The notes: generated by a model from the sequence alone, not told the origin. A stretch of 64,000 nt of DNA from Vicinamibacterales bacterium (GCA_046597705.1 JBKJJZ010000126.1:857-64856), one strand, 5' to 3'; positions 38,428 through 52,809 are shown, counted from the stretch's first letter. A program made the numbers and translations.

Positions 38428-39795
38428 ATGTCGAACACAATCTGGGACGCCGTGCTGGCGCGCATCGAAACCAAGGTCAACCGATTCAGCTACTTCAGCT
38501 GGTTTCATCGAACCCGGCTGATGCGGGACGCCGGCGATCACCTGACAATCCAGGTGCCCAATCCCATGGCCGCCGAGTGGCTGTCCAAACACTATCCTGC
38601 GCTGATCGACGAGGCGCTTTGCGAGGTGGGACGTCCAGGCGTACAGGTTTCCTATGAAGCCAGTGCCGACGGCGCCGTGGAACTGCCGCCCTCTGGCGCC
38701 ATGCTTGCGAACGACATTCCAACACCCGAGCGCGTCGTGGACGTAGTCCATCGTGTTGAGGAGCCTGAGGTTGATGACCACGCGGGCCTGAGCCCGAGGT
38801 ACACGTTCGACACGTTCATCGTCGGCGCTTCGAATCAGTTCGCCGACGCGGCGTGCCGGGCAGTCGCCGAAGCCCCATCGCGCTCCTACAACCCGCTGTT
38901 CATCTACGGTGGCGTGGGCCTGGGCAAGACGCATCTCATGCATGCGATCGGGCACTACGTGCTCAATCACCACCCGGGACTGAAGCTCACCTACATCTCG
39001 TCAGAGCGCTTCATGAACGAGGTCATCAACGCATTGCGTTACGACCGGATTCTCGAGTTCCGCGAGCGATACCGCAGCGTCGATGTGCTTTTGATCGACG
39101 ACATCCAGTTCATCGCGGGCAAGGAACGCACGCAGACCGAGTTCTTCCACACGTTCAACGCGCTGTACGATTCGCAGAAACAGATCGTCCTGAGCAGCGA
39201 TTGCCCGCCGCACCAAATCACCGAGCTCGAGGAACGGCTCCGGTCGAGATTCGAGTGGGGATTGAGCGCTGATATACAAGCGCCCGATCTGGAAACGAAG
39301 ATTGCCATCCTGACGGGCAAGGCCGACAGCGAAGGTGTCTCGCTGCCTGACGATGTGGCGTTGTTCATCGCTGGACGCATCAAGTCGAACATCCGCGAAC
39401 TCGAGGGGTCGCTCATTCGACTCCTGGCCTACGCATCGCTGACGGGGCGGGATATTTCCATGGCTCTGGCCCAGGAGGTGCTGCGCGACATTCTGCGCCA
39501 GGACGAGCGTGCCCTGACTATCGAAGGTATCCAGAAGTTCGTGGCGGACTACTACCAGATGAAAACAGGGGAGTTGAAATCCCGCAACAACTCGAAGTCC
39601 GTGGCGCTTCCGCGGCAGGTGGCCATGTACCTGTGCAAGTCGCTGACGAGCGCCTCGCTGCCTGAAATCGGGAAGAGTTTTGGTGGGAAACACCACTCGA
39701 CGGTGATTCATTCCATCCGGAAAGTTGAAGACCTGCGCAAGACCGATGCGGTTTTCAACAACCAGGTCAACACCCTGATGCAGTCTCTGCAATAG
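38428..39795 (+). CDS. dnaA: Chromosomal replication initiator DnaA
   Basis: AAA+ Walker A GGVGLGKTHL and the C-terminal DNA-binding domain (SRNNSKSVALPRQVAMYL...GGKHHSTVIH). Confidence 0.97.
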   Translation: MSNTIWDAVLARIETKVNRFSYFSWFHRTRLMRDAGDHLTIQVPNPMAAEWLSKHYPALIDEALCEVGRPGVQVSYEASADGAVELPPSGAMLANDIPTPERVVDVVHRVEEPEVDDHAGLSPRYTFDTFIVGASNQFADAACRAVAEAPSRSYNPLFIYGGVGLGKTHLMHAIGHYVLNHHPGLKLTYISSERFMNEVINALRYDRILEFRERYRSVDVLLIDDIQFIAGKERTQTEFFHTFNALYDSQKQIVLSSDCPPHQITELEERLRSRFEWGLSADIQAPDLETKIAILTGKADSEGVSLPDDVALFIAGRIKSNIRELEGSLIRLLAYASLTGRDISMALAQEVLRDILRQDERALTIEGIQKFVADYYQMKTGELKSRNNSKSVALPRQVAMYLCKSLTSASLPEIGKSFGGKHHSTVIHSIRKVEDLRKTDAVFNNQVNTLMQSLQ

Positions 39796-39797
39796 GG

Positions 39798-40012
39798 TTT
39801 TCCACAGGGTTGCCCTGTGCGGCTCTGTGGACAACTTGTGCAAAAGACGAAGACCCGCTTTTTGAACACCTTTTGCCCCTGTTTTCCACCCCGGTACCCG
39901 CAGAATTATGCACAGGGTAAGTCATTGATATTTAACAGGTAACGGCTGGTATTTCCGTTTCCCACACCCTCTTATTCCTGCTATAATCTCTTGTCTTTTT
40001 GATCTTCCGGAA
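39798..40012. promoter_or_regulatory. oriC: oriC candidate: five DnaA-box-like 9-mers plus an AT-rich stretch
   Basis: The boxes are TTTTCCACA (39798), TGTGGACAA (39826), TTTTCCACC (39882), TTATGCACA (39906) and TTTCCCACA (39958). They are followed by an AT-rich stretch CTTATTCCTGCTATAATCTCTTGTCTTTTTGATCTT (about 39970..40005) before dnaN. Confidence 0.6.
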
Positions 40013-40064
40013 AGAAGTAGATCGATCCTCCACGCGGGAGAGGTCGAGAGAGGCCGTCCTACAC

Positions 40065-43701
<3,637 letters not shown>

Positions 43702-43734
43702 GAATTACCTGCGAAAATAGACGTGCCCGAGTCA

Positions 43735-43788
43735 ATGGATCCAAATTCTCCGCTGCGCATCCCCGACAAAATCGAAGAGGAGATGTAG
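43735..43788 (+). other. gyrA: Conserved GyrA N-terminal coding segment ending in an in-frame TAG (43786..43788)
   Basis: It is in the same frame as the gyrA ORF. The translation MDPNSPLRIPDKIEEEM* continues after the stop as [11 protein letters not shown], which matches the conserved GyrA N-terminus. Confidence 0.7.
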
Positions 43789-43797
43789 CGCTCGTAC

Positions 43798-46245
43798 ATG
43801 GATTACGCGATGAGCGTAATCATCGGGCGCGCGCTCCCCGACGTTCGTGATGGCCTGAAACCGGCAAACCGGCGTGTCCTCTATGCGATGCGGCAGATGG
43901 GCCTTGCGTCCAATCGCGCCTACCGCAAGTGCGCGAAGATCGTCGGCGAAGTCATCGGCAATTACCATCCGCACGGCGATGCACCGGCGTACGACACGCT
44001 GGTGCGCCTCGCGCAGGACTTCAGCATGCGGTACACCCTGGTGGACGGCCAGGGCAACTTCGGGTCCATCGACGGAGACCCACCGGCCGCCTATCGATAC
44101 ACGGAAGCCCGGCTGGAGTCGCTGGCCGAGGCGATGATGGCAGACCTCGACAAGGACACGGTTGACCATCGGCCGAACTTTGACGAGACCACCGAGGAGC
44201 CCACGGTTTTCCCGGCTCCGTATCCCAACCTCCTTGTGAATGGGTCCACCGGCATTGCCGTCGGCATGGCGACGAGCATTCCTCCGCACAACATGCGCGA
44301 GGTCATCGACGGCGTGCTCGCGGTGATCGCGCTGCGTGATGCTCCGGAGGAAGATCGGTTCCGGGCCGCGCTTCAATCAATTCCCGCGCCTGACTTTCCA
44401 TCCGGCGGCACCATCGTGGGCCGCGCCGGCATCTATCGCGCCTATCGCGAGGGCCGCGGCGGCGTTGTTGTCAGGGGCAAAGCCACCTTCGAGGAAAGGA
44501 AGGGCGATCGCGTTTCGATTGTCATCACGGAAATTCCGTATCAGGTCAACAAGGCCACGCTCATTGCCGACACGGCCACGCTTGTGCGCGACAAGAAGCT
44601 CGAAGGCATTTCCGATCTTCGGGATGAGTCCGATCGCGACGGTATGCGCATCGTCATCGAACTCAAGCGCGGCGAACTGCCTGACGTCGTCCTGAATAAT
44701 CTGTACAAACACACGAAGCTGCAGATGAGCTACGGCATCACGCTGTTGGCGATTTCCGGCGGCCGGCCCCGTGTCCTGAACCTGCTGCAGATCATCGAAT
44801 TGTTCGTCGAGTTCCGCAAGGAAGTGGTCCGGCGCCGGATCGAGTTCGAGTTGCGGAAGGCTGAGGCCCGCGCGCACATCCTCGATGGTCTGAAGATCGC
44901 GCTTGATCACCTCGATGCGGTGATTACGCTTATCCGTGAGTCGAAGAACCCCGCTGAGGCGCGCGTCGGGTTAAAAACCCAGTTCGGTCTATCTGACCTG
45001 CAGGCGCAGGCGATCCTCGACATGCAGTTGCAGCGGCTGACCGGGCTTGAACGCCAGAAGATCGTCGATGAACTGGCCGGGCTCGTGACGCTGATCACCA
45101 AACTCCGTACGATTCTTTCGAGTGACGAGCTGATTCTCGAGATCATCATCGAGGAGCTGAAGGCCACCCGGGACAAGTTCGGCGATGAACGACGAACCGA
45201 GATCATCGAAGACAGCACGGACTTCCGCGTTGAGGATTTGATCGCCGACGAAGACGTCGTCATCACCGCCACCCAGACCGGCTACATCAAACGCAGCGCG
45301 CTCGACGAATATCGGCAGCAGCGTCGTGGCGGCAAGGGCCTCATCGGCATGCAGACCCGGGACGAAGACGTGGTCCGTCATCTCTTCATCGCGAATACAC
45401 ACGCGTTCATCCTTATTTTTTCCGACCAGGGCAAGTGTTACTGGCTGCGGGTGTATGACATTCCTGACGTCAGCCGAAGCAGCAAGGGCAAGTCCATCGC
45501 GAATCTCGTGCAGATGGCCGAAGGTGAGAAGATCGCCGCGCTCCTGCGCGTCAACAATTTCCCGGACGAGGAAGGCCAGCGCTTCATCGTGATGGGCACC
45601 CAGCAGGGCACCATCAAGAAAACGGATCTCAAGGCGTTCTCGAATCCGCGCTCGGCCGGCATCATTGCGATTCAGATCGACGACAACGATCGGTTGATCG
45701 CGGTGGCCGAGACCGATGGCCAGAAAGATCTGGTCATCGGCACGATGAAAGGGATGGCGATCCGGTTCAGCGAGCAGGACGCCAGACCGATGGGCCGCAC
45801 GGCGTACGGCGTGAACGGGATCAATCTCCGCGACGGCGACCACGTGGTGGCGATGGAAGTGGTCAGCGACGAAGCGACGCTGCTGACCGTTTGCGAAAAC
45901 GGATTCGGCAAACGCACGGAAGTGGCCGAGTACCGGAAGCAGACCCGAGGCGGCATCGGCCTCAAGAACGTTCAGACCTCAGATCGCAATGGCCTGGTCG
46001 TCGGCATCGCATGCGTGAGCGATCAGGACGATTTGTTGATTGTGACCGAGCAAGGCCAGATCATCCGCATGCCCACCAGCGGCTTGCGTGCGATTGGCCG
46101 CAACACTCAGGGTGTGCGGTTGATTGACCTGGCTGAGGGCGATCGCGTGGTCTCGATCGCGACGCTGATGCAGCTCGAGGACGTTGTGGGAACTACCGAC
46201 GCGCCAGAGAGTGCCGGGTCTGAAGACCCGGCCTCCGAAAAATAA
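43798..46245 (+). CDS. gyrA: DNA gyrase subunit A (ORF as it reads downstream of the amber codon)
   Basis: [21 protein letters not shown], the active-site [10 protein letters not shown], and C-terminal beta-pinwheel repeats. Confidence 0.95.
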   Translation: MDYAMSVIIGRALPDVRDGLKPANRRVLYAMRQMGLASNRAYRKCAKIVGEVIGNYHPHGDAPAYDTLVRLAQDFSMRYTLVDGQGNFGSIDGDPPAAYRYTEARLESLAEAMMADLDKDTVDHRPNFDETTEEPTVFPAPYPNLLVNGSTGIAVGMATSIPPHNMREVIDGVLAVIALRDAPEEDRFRAALQSIPAPDFPSGGTIVGRAGIYRAYREGRGGVVVRGKATFEERKGDRVSIVITEIPYQVNKATLIADTATLVRDKKLEGISDLRDESDRDGMRIVIELKRGELPDVVLNNLYKHTKLQMSYGITLLAISGGRPRVLNLLQIIELFVEFRKEVVRRRIEFELRKAEARAHILDGLKIALDHLDAVITLIRESKNPAEARVGLKTQFGLSDLQAQAILDMQLQRLTGLERQKIVDELAGLVTLITKLRTILSSDELILEIIIEELKATRDKFGDERRTEIIEDSTDFRVEDLIADEDVVITATQTGYIKRSALDEYRQQRRGGKGLIGMQTRDEDVVRHLFIANTHAFILIFSDQGKCYWLRVYDIPDVSRSSKGKSIANLVQMAEGEKIAALLRVNNFPDEEGQRFIVMGTQQGTIKKTDLKAFSNPRSAGIIAIQIDDNDRLIAVAETDGQKDLVIGTMKGMAIRFSEQDARPMGRTAYGVNGINLRDGDHVVAMEVVSDEATLLTVCENGFGKRTEVAEYRKQTRGGIGLKNVQTSDRNGLVVGIACVSDQDDLLIVTEQGQIIRMPTSGLRAIGRNTQGVRLIDLAEGDRVVSIATLMQLEDVVGTTDAPESAGSEDPASEK

Positions 46246-46368
46246 TCGTACGTAGGGCGTCCCTTTAGGGGCGCCGACTGCATCAAAAGCTGTGGGAGGC
46301 CGGCGCCAATTTGCGCGGCTGAAGCCCGGGACCTCCATCCCTTCGGAGGCCGGGTCTTTAGACCCGGC
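46213..46368. repeat. 27-nt inverted repeat (one mismatch) bracketing a split REP pair, in the convergent gyrA/uvrD gap
   Basis: The left arm GCCGGGTCTGAAGACCCGGCCTCCGAA (46213..46239) lies inside the last codons of gyrA. The right arm is TTCGGAGGCCGGGTCTTTAGACCCGGC (46342..46368). REP units lie at 46252..46275 and about 46302..46326. Confidence 0.8.
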
Positions 46369-46371
46369 TCA

Positions 46372-48654
46372 TCACGCTTTTTCAAGCGCCGCGTACCGGG
46401 CGACCAACTTCTTCGTGCCCACAGTGTTGAACCTGACCGTCACGCGCGTGTCGTCGCCCTGCTCTTCGATGGCCAGCACGGTTCCCACTCCAAATTGCTT
46501 GTGCCGCACTCGCAGGCCCAGGCGCAGGCCTGTGGCCGACGACTGATCCTCGTCTTCGTATGAGGGAAACGGCGCGGCCGCCTCCTTCGCTTTGGGCGCG
46601 GCAAACCGCCTTGCGTACGGATTTCTGCTCTCGTATCGCGTGCTGTTCCATGACGGCGCCACCACTGGCTCCACGCGCCGAATCAGTTCCGCGGGAATCT
46701 CGTCAAGGAACCGCGACGGTTCGGTGGACTGGTAATCGCCGAACACCCGACGCCGGGCCGCGCCCGTGAGGATCAAACGCTCTCTGGCTCGCGTGAGGCC
46801 AACGTAACAAAGCCGCCTCTCTTCTTCGACCTCGTCCTCGTCTTCACTGGCTCTCGAGTGAGGGAACAGGCCCTCTTCCATGCCGGCCACAATGACGACG
46901 GGGAACTCGAGTCCCTTCGCCGCGTGCATGGTCATCATCCAGACTCTGGCGTCGTTTGAACCCTGGGCCTCATCCGCTTCCGAGAGGAGTGACAGCCGAT
47001 CAACAAATCCACCCAGGGACGCGTCCGCCTCGCGCGTTTCATACTCAGTGGCCGCTGACACCAGTTCCATGAGGTTCTCGATCCGGCCCTCCGCATCCTC
47101 GCTGCGTTCATCGCGGAGGTCCTTCAGGTAGCCGCTGCGATCCAATACCAGACCCAGCGAAATCGAAACGCTCGAGCTGGCACAATCCTTCGATAGACCC
47201 ACCAGCAGGTCCCGAAACACTTTCAGGGCCACAACCGCGCGAGGCGGCACCCGCTTCTGCTCGATGGCAATGACCAGCTTCGCCCAGAGCGAGCGCGACG
47301 ACGTTTCCGGCTGGAGGCCGGTTCGAAACAGCGGCTCATGGCTGTGATCGATTTCATCGAGGCTGACGGCATCCAGTGCGTCAATGACGCTCTTGCCGAT
47401 GCCTCGCGTGGGCACGTTCACCACCCGCCTGAAACTGACGTCGTCATGCGGGTTCATGACGAGACGGAGGTAGGCGAGGACATCCTTGATCTCCTTGCGT
47501 TCGTAAAACCTGACGCCGCCGATGATCTTGTACGCGATGGCCTCGCGCATCAGCGCGTCCTCAATCGCGCGCGACTGCGCGTTCGTGCGATACAGGATCG
47601 CCGTCATCGCCTTGACGTCCAGCATCCGGGTTTCGCGAATGGCCCTGGTGATGTAGTCGGCCTCCTCGATCTCGTCGCCGGCTCTTACGTACACGATCTG
47701 CTCGCCGCCGAGGCGATCCGTCCAGAGACGCTTCTCCTTCCGGTTGCGGTTCCGGCTGATGACGGCCGAAGCCGCGTCCAGAATCACCTGGGTGGACCGG
47801 TAGTTCTGCTCGAGCTTCACCACCGTGGCTTCGGGGAAGTCCTGCTCGAAGTCGAGAATGTTGCGCAGGTCTGCCCCGCGCCACTTGTAGATCGACTGAT
47901 CCGGGTCACCCACCACGCACAGGTTCCGGTGATGGTCGGCCAGGCGCTTGATGAGCATGTACTGCGGCCGGTTCGTGTCCTGATACTCATCGATCAGGAT
48001 GTAGCGGAACTTCCGCGAGTAAAACTCGCGGACGCGTTCGCTCGTTTCCATCAGCTCGACGGTCTTGAGCAGCAGATCGTCAAAGTCCAGTGCGCCAGCT
48101 TCATTCAGGACTCGAAGGTATGTCTCGTAGACTTTCGAGACTTGCTGGTCCCTCAGGCTCCAGCCGCTGGATTTCATCTCGGCCGGCGTCTCAAGGCGGT
48201 TCTTGGCCGCGCTGATGCGTGAAAGCGCCGCGCGGGGCGTGAGCATCTTGTCGTCGATGTCGTTCGCGCGAAGGGCCTGCTTGACCACCGCGATCTGATC
48301 CGACGAGTCGTAGATGACAAAGTCGCGCGTCAAGCCAATCGCCGGCGCTTCGCGCCGCAGCAATCGCGCGCAGAGCGCATGGAACGTGGACAACCACACC
48401 TGCCGGCAATCGCCGCCGAGCAGTTCCTCCACTCGTCCGCGCATTTCCTCCGCAGCCTTGTTCGTGAACGTGACGGCGAGAATCTCGTCAGGCGTCGCGT
48501 GACCGTGCGCCACAAGGTGTGCGATGCGGGTGGTGATGACTCTGGTCTTGCCTGAACCCGCGCCGGCAAGGATCAGCAACGCACCCTGCGTATGAACGAC
48601 GGCATCGCGTTGCGATGGGTTGAGTGAGTCGAGAGGATCCATCCGGAGTTCCAC
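46372..48654 (-). CDS. uvrD: ATP-dependent DNA helicase UvrD/PcrA
   Basis: Walker A AGAGSGKT, SF1 helicase motifs (DEYQDTN...), and a C-terminal Tudor-like tail. Confidence 0.93.
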   Translation of the reverse strand: MELRMDPLDSLNPSQRDAVVHTQGALLILAGAGSGKTRVITTRIAHLVAHGHATPDEILAVTFTNKAAEEMRGRVEELLGGDCRQVWLSTFHALCARLLRREAPAIGLTRDFVIYDSSDQIAVVKQALRANDIDDKMLTPRAALSRISAAKNRLETPAEMKSSGWSLRDQQVSKVYETYLRVLNEAGALDFDDLLLKTVELMETSERVREFYSRKFRYILIDEYQDTNRPQYMLIKRLADHHRNLCVVGDPDQSIYKWRGADLRNILDFEQDFPEATVVKLEQNYRSTQVILDAASAVISRNRNRKEKRLWTDRLGGEQIVYVRAGDEIEEADYITRAIRETRMLDVKAMTAILYRTNAQSRAIEDALMREAIAYKIIGGVRFYERKEIKDVLAYLRLVMNPHDDVSFRRVVNVPTRGIGKSVIDALDAVSLDEIDHSHEPLFRTGLQPETSSRSLWAKLVIAIEQKRVPPRAVVALKVFRDLLVGLSKDCASSSVSISLGLVLDRSGYLKDLRDERSEDAEGRIENLMELVSAATEYETREADASLGGFVDRLSLLSEADEAQGSNDARVWMMTMHAAKGLEFPVVIVAGMEEGLFPHSRASEDEDEVEEERRLCYVGLTRARERLILTGAARRRVFGDYQSTEPSRFLDEIPAELIRRVEPVVAPSWNSTRYESRNPYARRFAAPKAKEAAAPFPSYEDEDQSSATGLRLGLRVRHKQFGVGTVLAIEEQGDDTRVTVRFNTVGTKKLVARYAALEKA

Positions 48655-48701
48655 AGGATATCACCCACGGATCGCGGCAGTCGTGTACCACCACCGCGGT
48701 G

Positions 48702-50549
48702 TTATTCCACCGTGACGCTCTTCGCAAGATTTCGTGGCTGATCGACGTCACAACCGCGACGTACCGCAATGTGGTACGCCAGAAGTTGCAATGGTATCGT
48801 CAAGAGAATCGGTATCAACAACGGGTCGGCGTCTGGAACGGCGAACACCAAGTCCTTCTGCAAATCGAGGATGTCGTTGAACGCATCCTGCTTCGAAATG
48901 GTTGTCATCACGATGACCTGTCCACCCCGAGCCTTTGCCTCCTGGATATTCCCGATCATCTTCTCGAAAACATGATCGTCAGGCGCCAGCGCAATCACGG
49001 GAAGGTGTTCGTCAATCAGCGCGATCGGGCCGTGCTTCATTTCGCCGGCCGGGTACCCTTCCGCGTGGATATACGAAATCTCCTTCAGCTTGAGCGCGCC
49101 CTCCAGGGCAATCGGGTAGTTGATGCCACGGCCCAGGTAGAGGAAGTCACGTTTGTCGGAGAGCCCCTCAGCAAGGGCCTTGATGCGGTCGTCGGACCTG
49201 AGGATCTCCTCGATTTGCACCGGCAGCTGATCGAGCCCGCGCAGCAATTGGCCCGCGCGTTGCGGGTCAAGTGTGCCCCTGACCTGACCCAGATGCACCG
49301 CCAGCAACTGGAGCGCCACCAACTGCGATGTGAAAGCCTTCGTGGAAGCCACACCGATTTCCGGCCCGGCATGGGTGTAGACCGTGCCGTCCGACTCCCG
49401 CGTCGCCATGCTTCCGACCACATTGCAGATCGCGATGCTGCGAGCGCCCTTGCGCTTGGCCTCGCGCAGAGCCGCCAGCGTATCCGCGGTCTCTCCCGAC
49501 TGCGTGATCGCAATCGCCAGCGTGGTCGAGCCAACGAGAGGATCGCGATAACGGAACTCCGATCCATAGTCCACTTCGACAGGCAGTCTGGCCAGCTCCT
49601 CAATGAGGAACTTGCCGATGAGCCCGGAATGCCACGAGGTGCCGCACGCCAGCACCACCGCATGGTCAATGGTCCGCAACGCGTCGTCGTCGAGCTGCAT
49701 CTCATTGAGAAAGACGCGGTTGGATTCGGCTGACGCGCGGCCCAGCACTGTTTCCCGCACAGCCCACGGTTGTTCGTAGATCTCCTTCAACATGAAGTGC
49801 GGATAGCCGGCTTTCTCGGCCATCACGGGATCCCAATCGATCGTCAGAGCCTCACGAACGACGGGCGTGCCATCAAACGTCGAGAACACAGGCCCCGCCT
49901 TCGTGACCACGGCCATCTGCTGGTCATCGAGGAAAATAACCCGCCGGGTGTGAGCCAGAATCGCCGGCACATCCGACGCCACAAAGTACTCGCCGTCGCC
50001 AAGACCCACCACCACCGGCGGACCGTTGCGGACCACGACGATGGTGTCCGGCTCGTCGGCGGAAATCAGCACCAACGCGAACAGACCCCTGATCTGGCTC
50101 AGCGCACGGCGAACCGCGGCCGCAAGCCCATCGCCGCGCGACTCCCGTTCCACCAGATGCGCAACGACCTCAGTATCAGTCTCGGTCGCAAACGCATGGC
50201 CCTGACTGATGAGCGTCCGCTTCAACTCCAGGTAATTTTCGATGATGCCGTTGTGAACCACCACGAGCTGGCCCGTGCAGTCGCGATGTGGATGTGCATT
50301 TTCTTCGGTCGGCCGTCCGTGCGTGGCCCAACGCGTGTGACCAATCCCGTACTCGCCTTCAATGGGATCGACCGCAAGAACGTCCTCCAGGCGCGAAAGC
50401 TTGCCTGCGCTGCGCCGGATTTCCAGCTTGCCGTTGCGAACGATCGCGACGCCGGCTGAGTCGTAGCCGCGATACTCGAGTTTCCGCAGGCCCTCAATCA
50501 GGACGGGTAATGGTTGCAACGGGCCAACGTAGCCGACGATGCCGCACAC
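48702..50549 (-). CDS. glmS: Glutamine-fructose-6-phosphate aminotransferase
   Basis: A GTG start gives [10 protein letters not shown] (Cys-1 Ntn amidotransferase). There are two SIS domains and a C-terminal AKSVTVE. The start overlaps the glmU stop by 1 nt. Confidence 0.95.
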   Translation of the reverse strand: MCGIVGYVGPLQPLPVLIEGLRKLEYRGYDSAGVAIVRNGKLEIRRSAGKLSRLEDVLAVDPIEGEYGIGHTRWATHGRPTEENAHPHRDCTGQLVVVHNGIIENYLELKRTLISQGHAFATETDTEVVAHLVERESRGDGLAAAVRRALSQIRGLFALVLISADEPDTIVVVRNGPPVVVGLGDGEYFVASDVPAILAHTRRVIFLDDQQMAVVTKAGPVFSTFDGTPVVREALTIDWDPVMAEKAGYPHFMLKEIYEQPWAVRETVLGRASAESNRVFLNEMQLDDDALRTIDHAVVLACGTSWHSGLIGKFLIEELARLPVEVDYGSEFRYRDPLVGSTTLAIAITQSGETADTLAALREAKRKGARSIAICNVVGSMATRESDGTVYTHAGPEIGVASTKAFTSQLVALQLLAVHLGQVRGTLDPQRAGQLLRGLDQLPVQIEEILRSDDRIKALAEGLSDKRDFLYLGRGINYPIALEGALKLKEISYIHAEGYPAGEMKHGPIALIDEHLPVIALAPDDHVFEKMIGNIQEAKARGGQVIVMTTISKQDAFNDILDLQKDLVFAVPDADPLLIPILLTIPLQLLAYHIAVRRGCDVDQPRNLAKSVTVE

Positions 50550-51961
50550 TAGCGACCGCCTTTGGTGGCCTGCGCGGCCTTTCGCAACGCTTTTCGTTTC
50601 GAGGCCCATTCAGGCTTGATGACCTGCTGGCCACGGGCAATCGCCAGGGAGCCCGCAGGCACGTCGCTGGTGATGGAAGACCCGGCTCCGACGTAGGCGT
50701 CCTTGCCAATGGTCACCGGCGCGATGAGCTGCGAATCACTGCCGATAAAGACACCGTCCTCGATGACAGTCGGGTGTTTCAGTTCGCCGTCGTAATTGCA
50801 TGTGATCGTGCCGGCGCCGATATTGACCCCTTCGCCGATCGTCGCATCGCCGAGATACGCCAGATGGTTCGCTTTGGAGCCCTTGCCCAGCGAGGTCTTC
50901 TTCAACTCCACGAAATTGCCCACATGCGCATCGGGCCCAATCGCCGACTGCGGCCGAACATGAGACATCGGTCCGACCCTGGCTCCAACGCCAACGGTGG
51001 AGTCCACAATCACACTGTAATCAAGCACCACCACGTCGTCTTCCATCGTGACGTTCGTCAGCCGGCACCCCGCGTGAATGCGGCAGCGGTCTCCAACCAC
51101 AGTCTGACCCTCGAGGCGCACACCGGGCCCCAGAATCGTGTCAGGTCCAACGGCGACATCGATGTCGACGTACGTCGTGGCCGGATCTTCGATGGTCACG
51201 CCGCCCATCATCAACAGGCGATTCTTTCGTTGCCGGACGATCTGCGACAACTCGGCCAGATCAAGCCGGCTGTTCACGCCGCGAAGTTCATCCGCCGTGT
51301 CGAGGCACAGGCCATCCACGCGCAGCCCGGCTTGCCGGTAGAGGGCCACGAGATCGGTCAGGTAGTACTCGCCCTGCGAATTGTCCGTGGCGAGGTGATC
51401 GAGGTGCCTGAACAGGGGCGCCATCGAGAGCGCATAGATTCCGCTGTTGATTTCCCGAATCGCCCGTTGCTCAGATGAGGCGTCCCGCTCTTCGATGATG
51501 CGTTCAATCTGACCCTCGCCATCCCGGACGATGCGTCCGTACCCGTAAGGATCGGCCAACTCCGCGGTCAACACGGTCATCGCCGCCTTTGCGTTGCGAT
51601 GGGCCTCCAGAAGGCGCAGGAGGGTGCCAGGCTCCAGCAATGGCACGTCGGCATAGAGCAACAGAACATTGCCTTTGAGGCCGCGCAGCACGGGTTCTGC
51701 CTGCAGCAACGCGTGACCGGTACCAAGCTGCGGCGACTGGACGACATACTGGAGGTTGGGCCGGCCTGCCAGGGCCATCTGCACCTGGTCCGCGCCATGC
51801 CCGACGACAAGCGTAGTGGAAGCGGTCTTGAGATGGTCCACGGTCGCCAGAATGTGTTCAATCAGGGGGCGGCCCGCCAAGGCGTGCAGCACCTTCGGCG
51901 TGGCCGACTTCATCCGCGTGCCTTTGCCGGCCGCCAGAATGACAACGTGAAGATCGGTCAT
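50549..51961 (-). CDS. glmU: Bifunctional GlcNAc-1-P uridyltransferase / GlcN-1-P acetyltransferase
   Basis: N-terminal LAAGKGTRM and a C-terminal hexapeptide-repeat beta-helix. Confidence 0.95.
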   Translation of the reverse strand: MTDLHVVILAAGKGTRMKSATPKVLHALAGRPLIEHILATVDHLKTASTTLVVGHGADQVQMALAGRPNLQYVVQSPQLGTGHALLQAEPVLRGLKGNVLLLYADVPLLEPGTLLRLLEAHRNAKAAMTVLTAELADPYGYGRIVRDGEGQIERIIEERDASSEQRAIREINSGIYALSMAPLFRHLDHLATDNSQGEYYLTDLVALYRQAGLRVDGLCLDTADELRGVNSRLDLAELSQIVRQRKNRLLMMGGVTIEDPATTYVDIDVAVGPDTILGPGVRLEGQTVVGDRCRIHAGCRLTNVTMEDDVVVLDYSVIVDSTVGVGARVGPMSHVRPQSAIGPDAHVGNFVELKKTSLGKGSKANHLAYLGDATIGEGVNIGAGTITCNYDGELKHPTVIEDGVFIGSDSQLIAPVTIGKDAYVGAGSSITSDVPAGSLAIARGQQVIKPEWASKRKALRKAAQATKGGR

Positions 51962-52809
51962 TTCTCTTGATTATCCTTTGCCCGCTTGAGCACAATCCGG
52001 CCTTTCTTGAGCAGTTTGGCAGCCTTCGGGAGTGCCACTCCAAAATGAGTCGCCGCAAGTCTCAGGGCCGGTTCATCCTCGAGTCCAATATTTATAGTTA
52101 TTTGACCAATAAATTCTGCCACGGCAGTAGGCTCCGGCTCGGCTGCTATGGCCTTCACAGTTGGTCCTACCACTACAACAAACTCGCCTTGCTCCCTCAC
52201 TTGAACAGATTTATCCCATAAGACCAATTCTTCATTTACCTTAGTCAGCTCTCGACCAATAAAAATAGTTCTTGTGCCCAAATAATCAGCCGCCTCATCC
52301 ATCGTCCTTCGGATTCGGTGCGGCGACTCGTAGAAGACTGCGGTGTTCGTCTCGGCCGAAAGCCGCTCGAACCAACGGTCGCGTGCGACTCCTCCTGAGG
52401 GGGGAAAGCCGAGAAACAGGAAGGTATCGACCGGCAGGCCGGCCGCGCTTAGGGCAGCTATTGCGGCATTGGCACCAGGAATAGGCACCACCGTGATTCC
52501 GGCTTCCCGCGCTCGTGCCACAAGGTGATAACCCGGGTCGGCGATCGCCGGCGTTCCGGCATCCGAAACCAGGGCGATGTTGACCCCCGATTCGAGCTTT
52601 GAAACGAGCCGGATCGCCTCGCGAGTCTCATTGTGTTCGTGCAAACTGGCCAGGGGCTTCTGGATCTCGTAGTGCGCAAGCAGTTTTGACGTCCGCCGCG
52701 TATCTTCCGCCGCGATCAGGTCCACCTCGCGCAGTGTCCTCAGCGCCCGCATCGTCAGATCTTCCAGGTTGCCGATGGGGGTCGCGACGACAAAGAGCGT
52801 GCCCGGCAT
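51958..52809 (-). CDS. rsmI: 16S rRNA C1402 2'-O-methyltransferase RsmI
   Basis: LFVVATPIGNLEDLTMRALRTL...AAEDTR is typical of RsmI. Confidence 0.9.
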   Translation of the reverse strand: MPGTLFVVATPIGNLEDLTMRALRTLREVDLIAAEDTRRTSKLLAHYEIQKPLASLHEHNETREAIRLVSKLESGVNIALVSDAGTPAIADPGYHLVARAREAGITVVPIPGANAAIAALSAAGLPVDTFLFLGFPPSGGVARDRWFERLSAETNTAVFYESPHRIRRTMDEAADYLGTRTIFIGRELTKVNEELVLWDKSVQVREQGEFVVVVGPTVKAIAAEPEPTAVAEFIGQITINIGLEDEPALRLAATHFGVALPKAAKLLKKGRIVLKRAKDNQEK

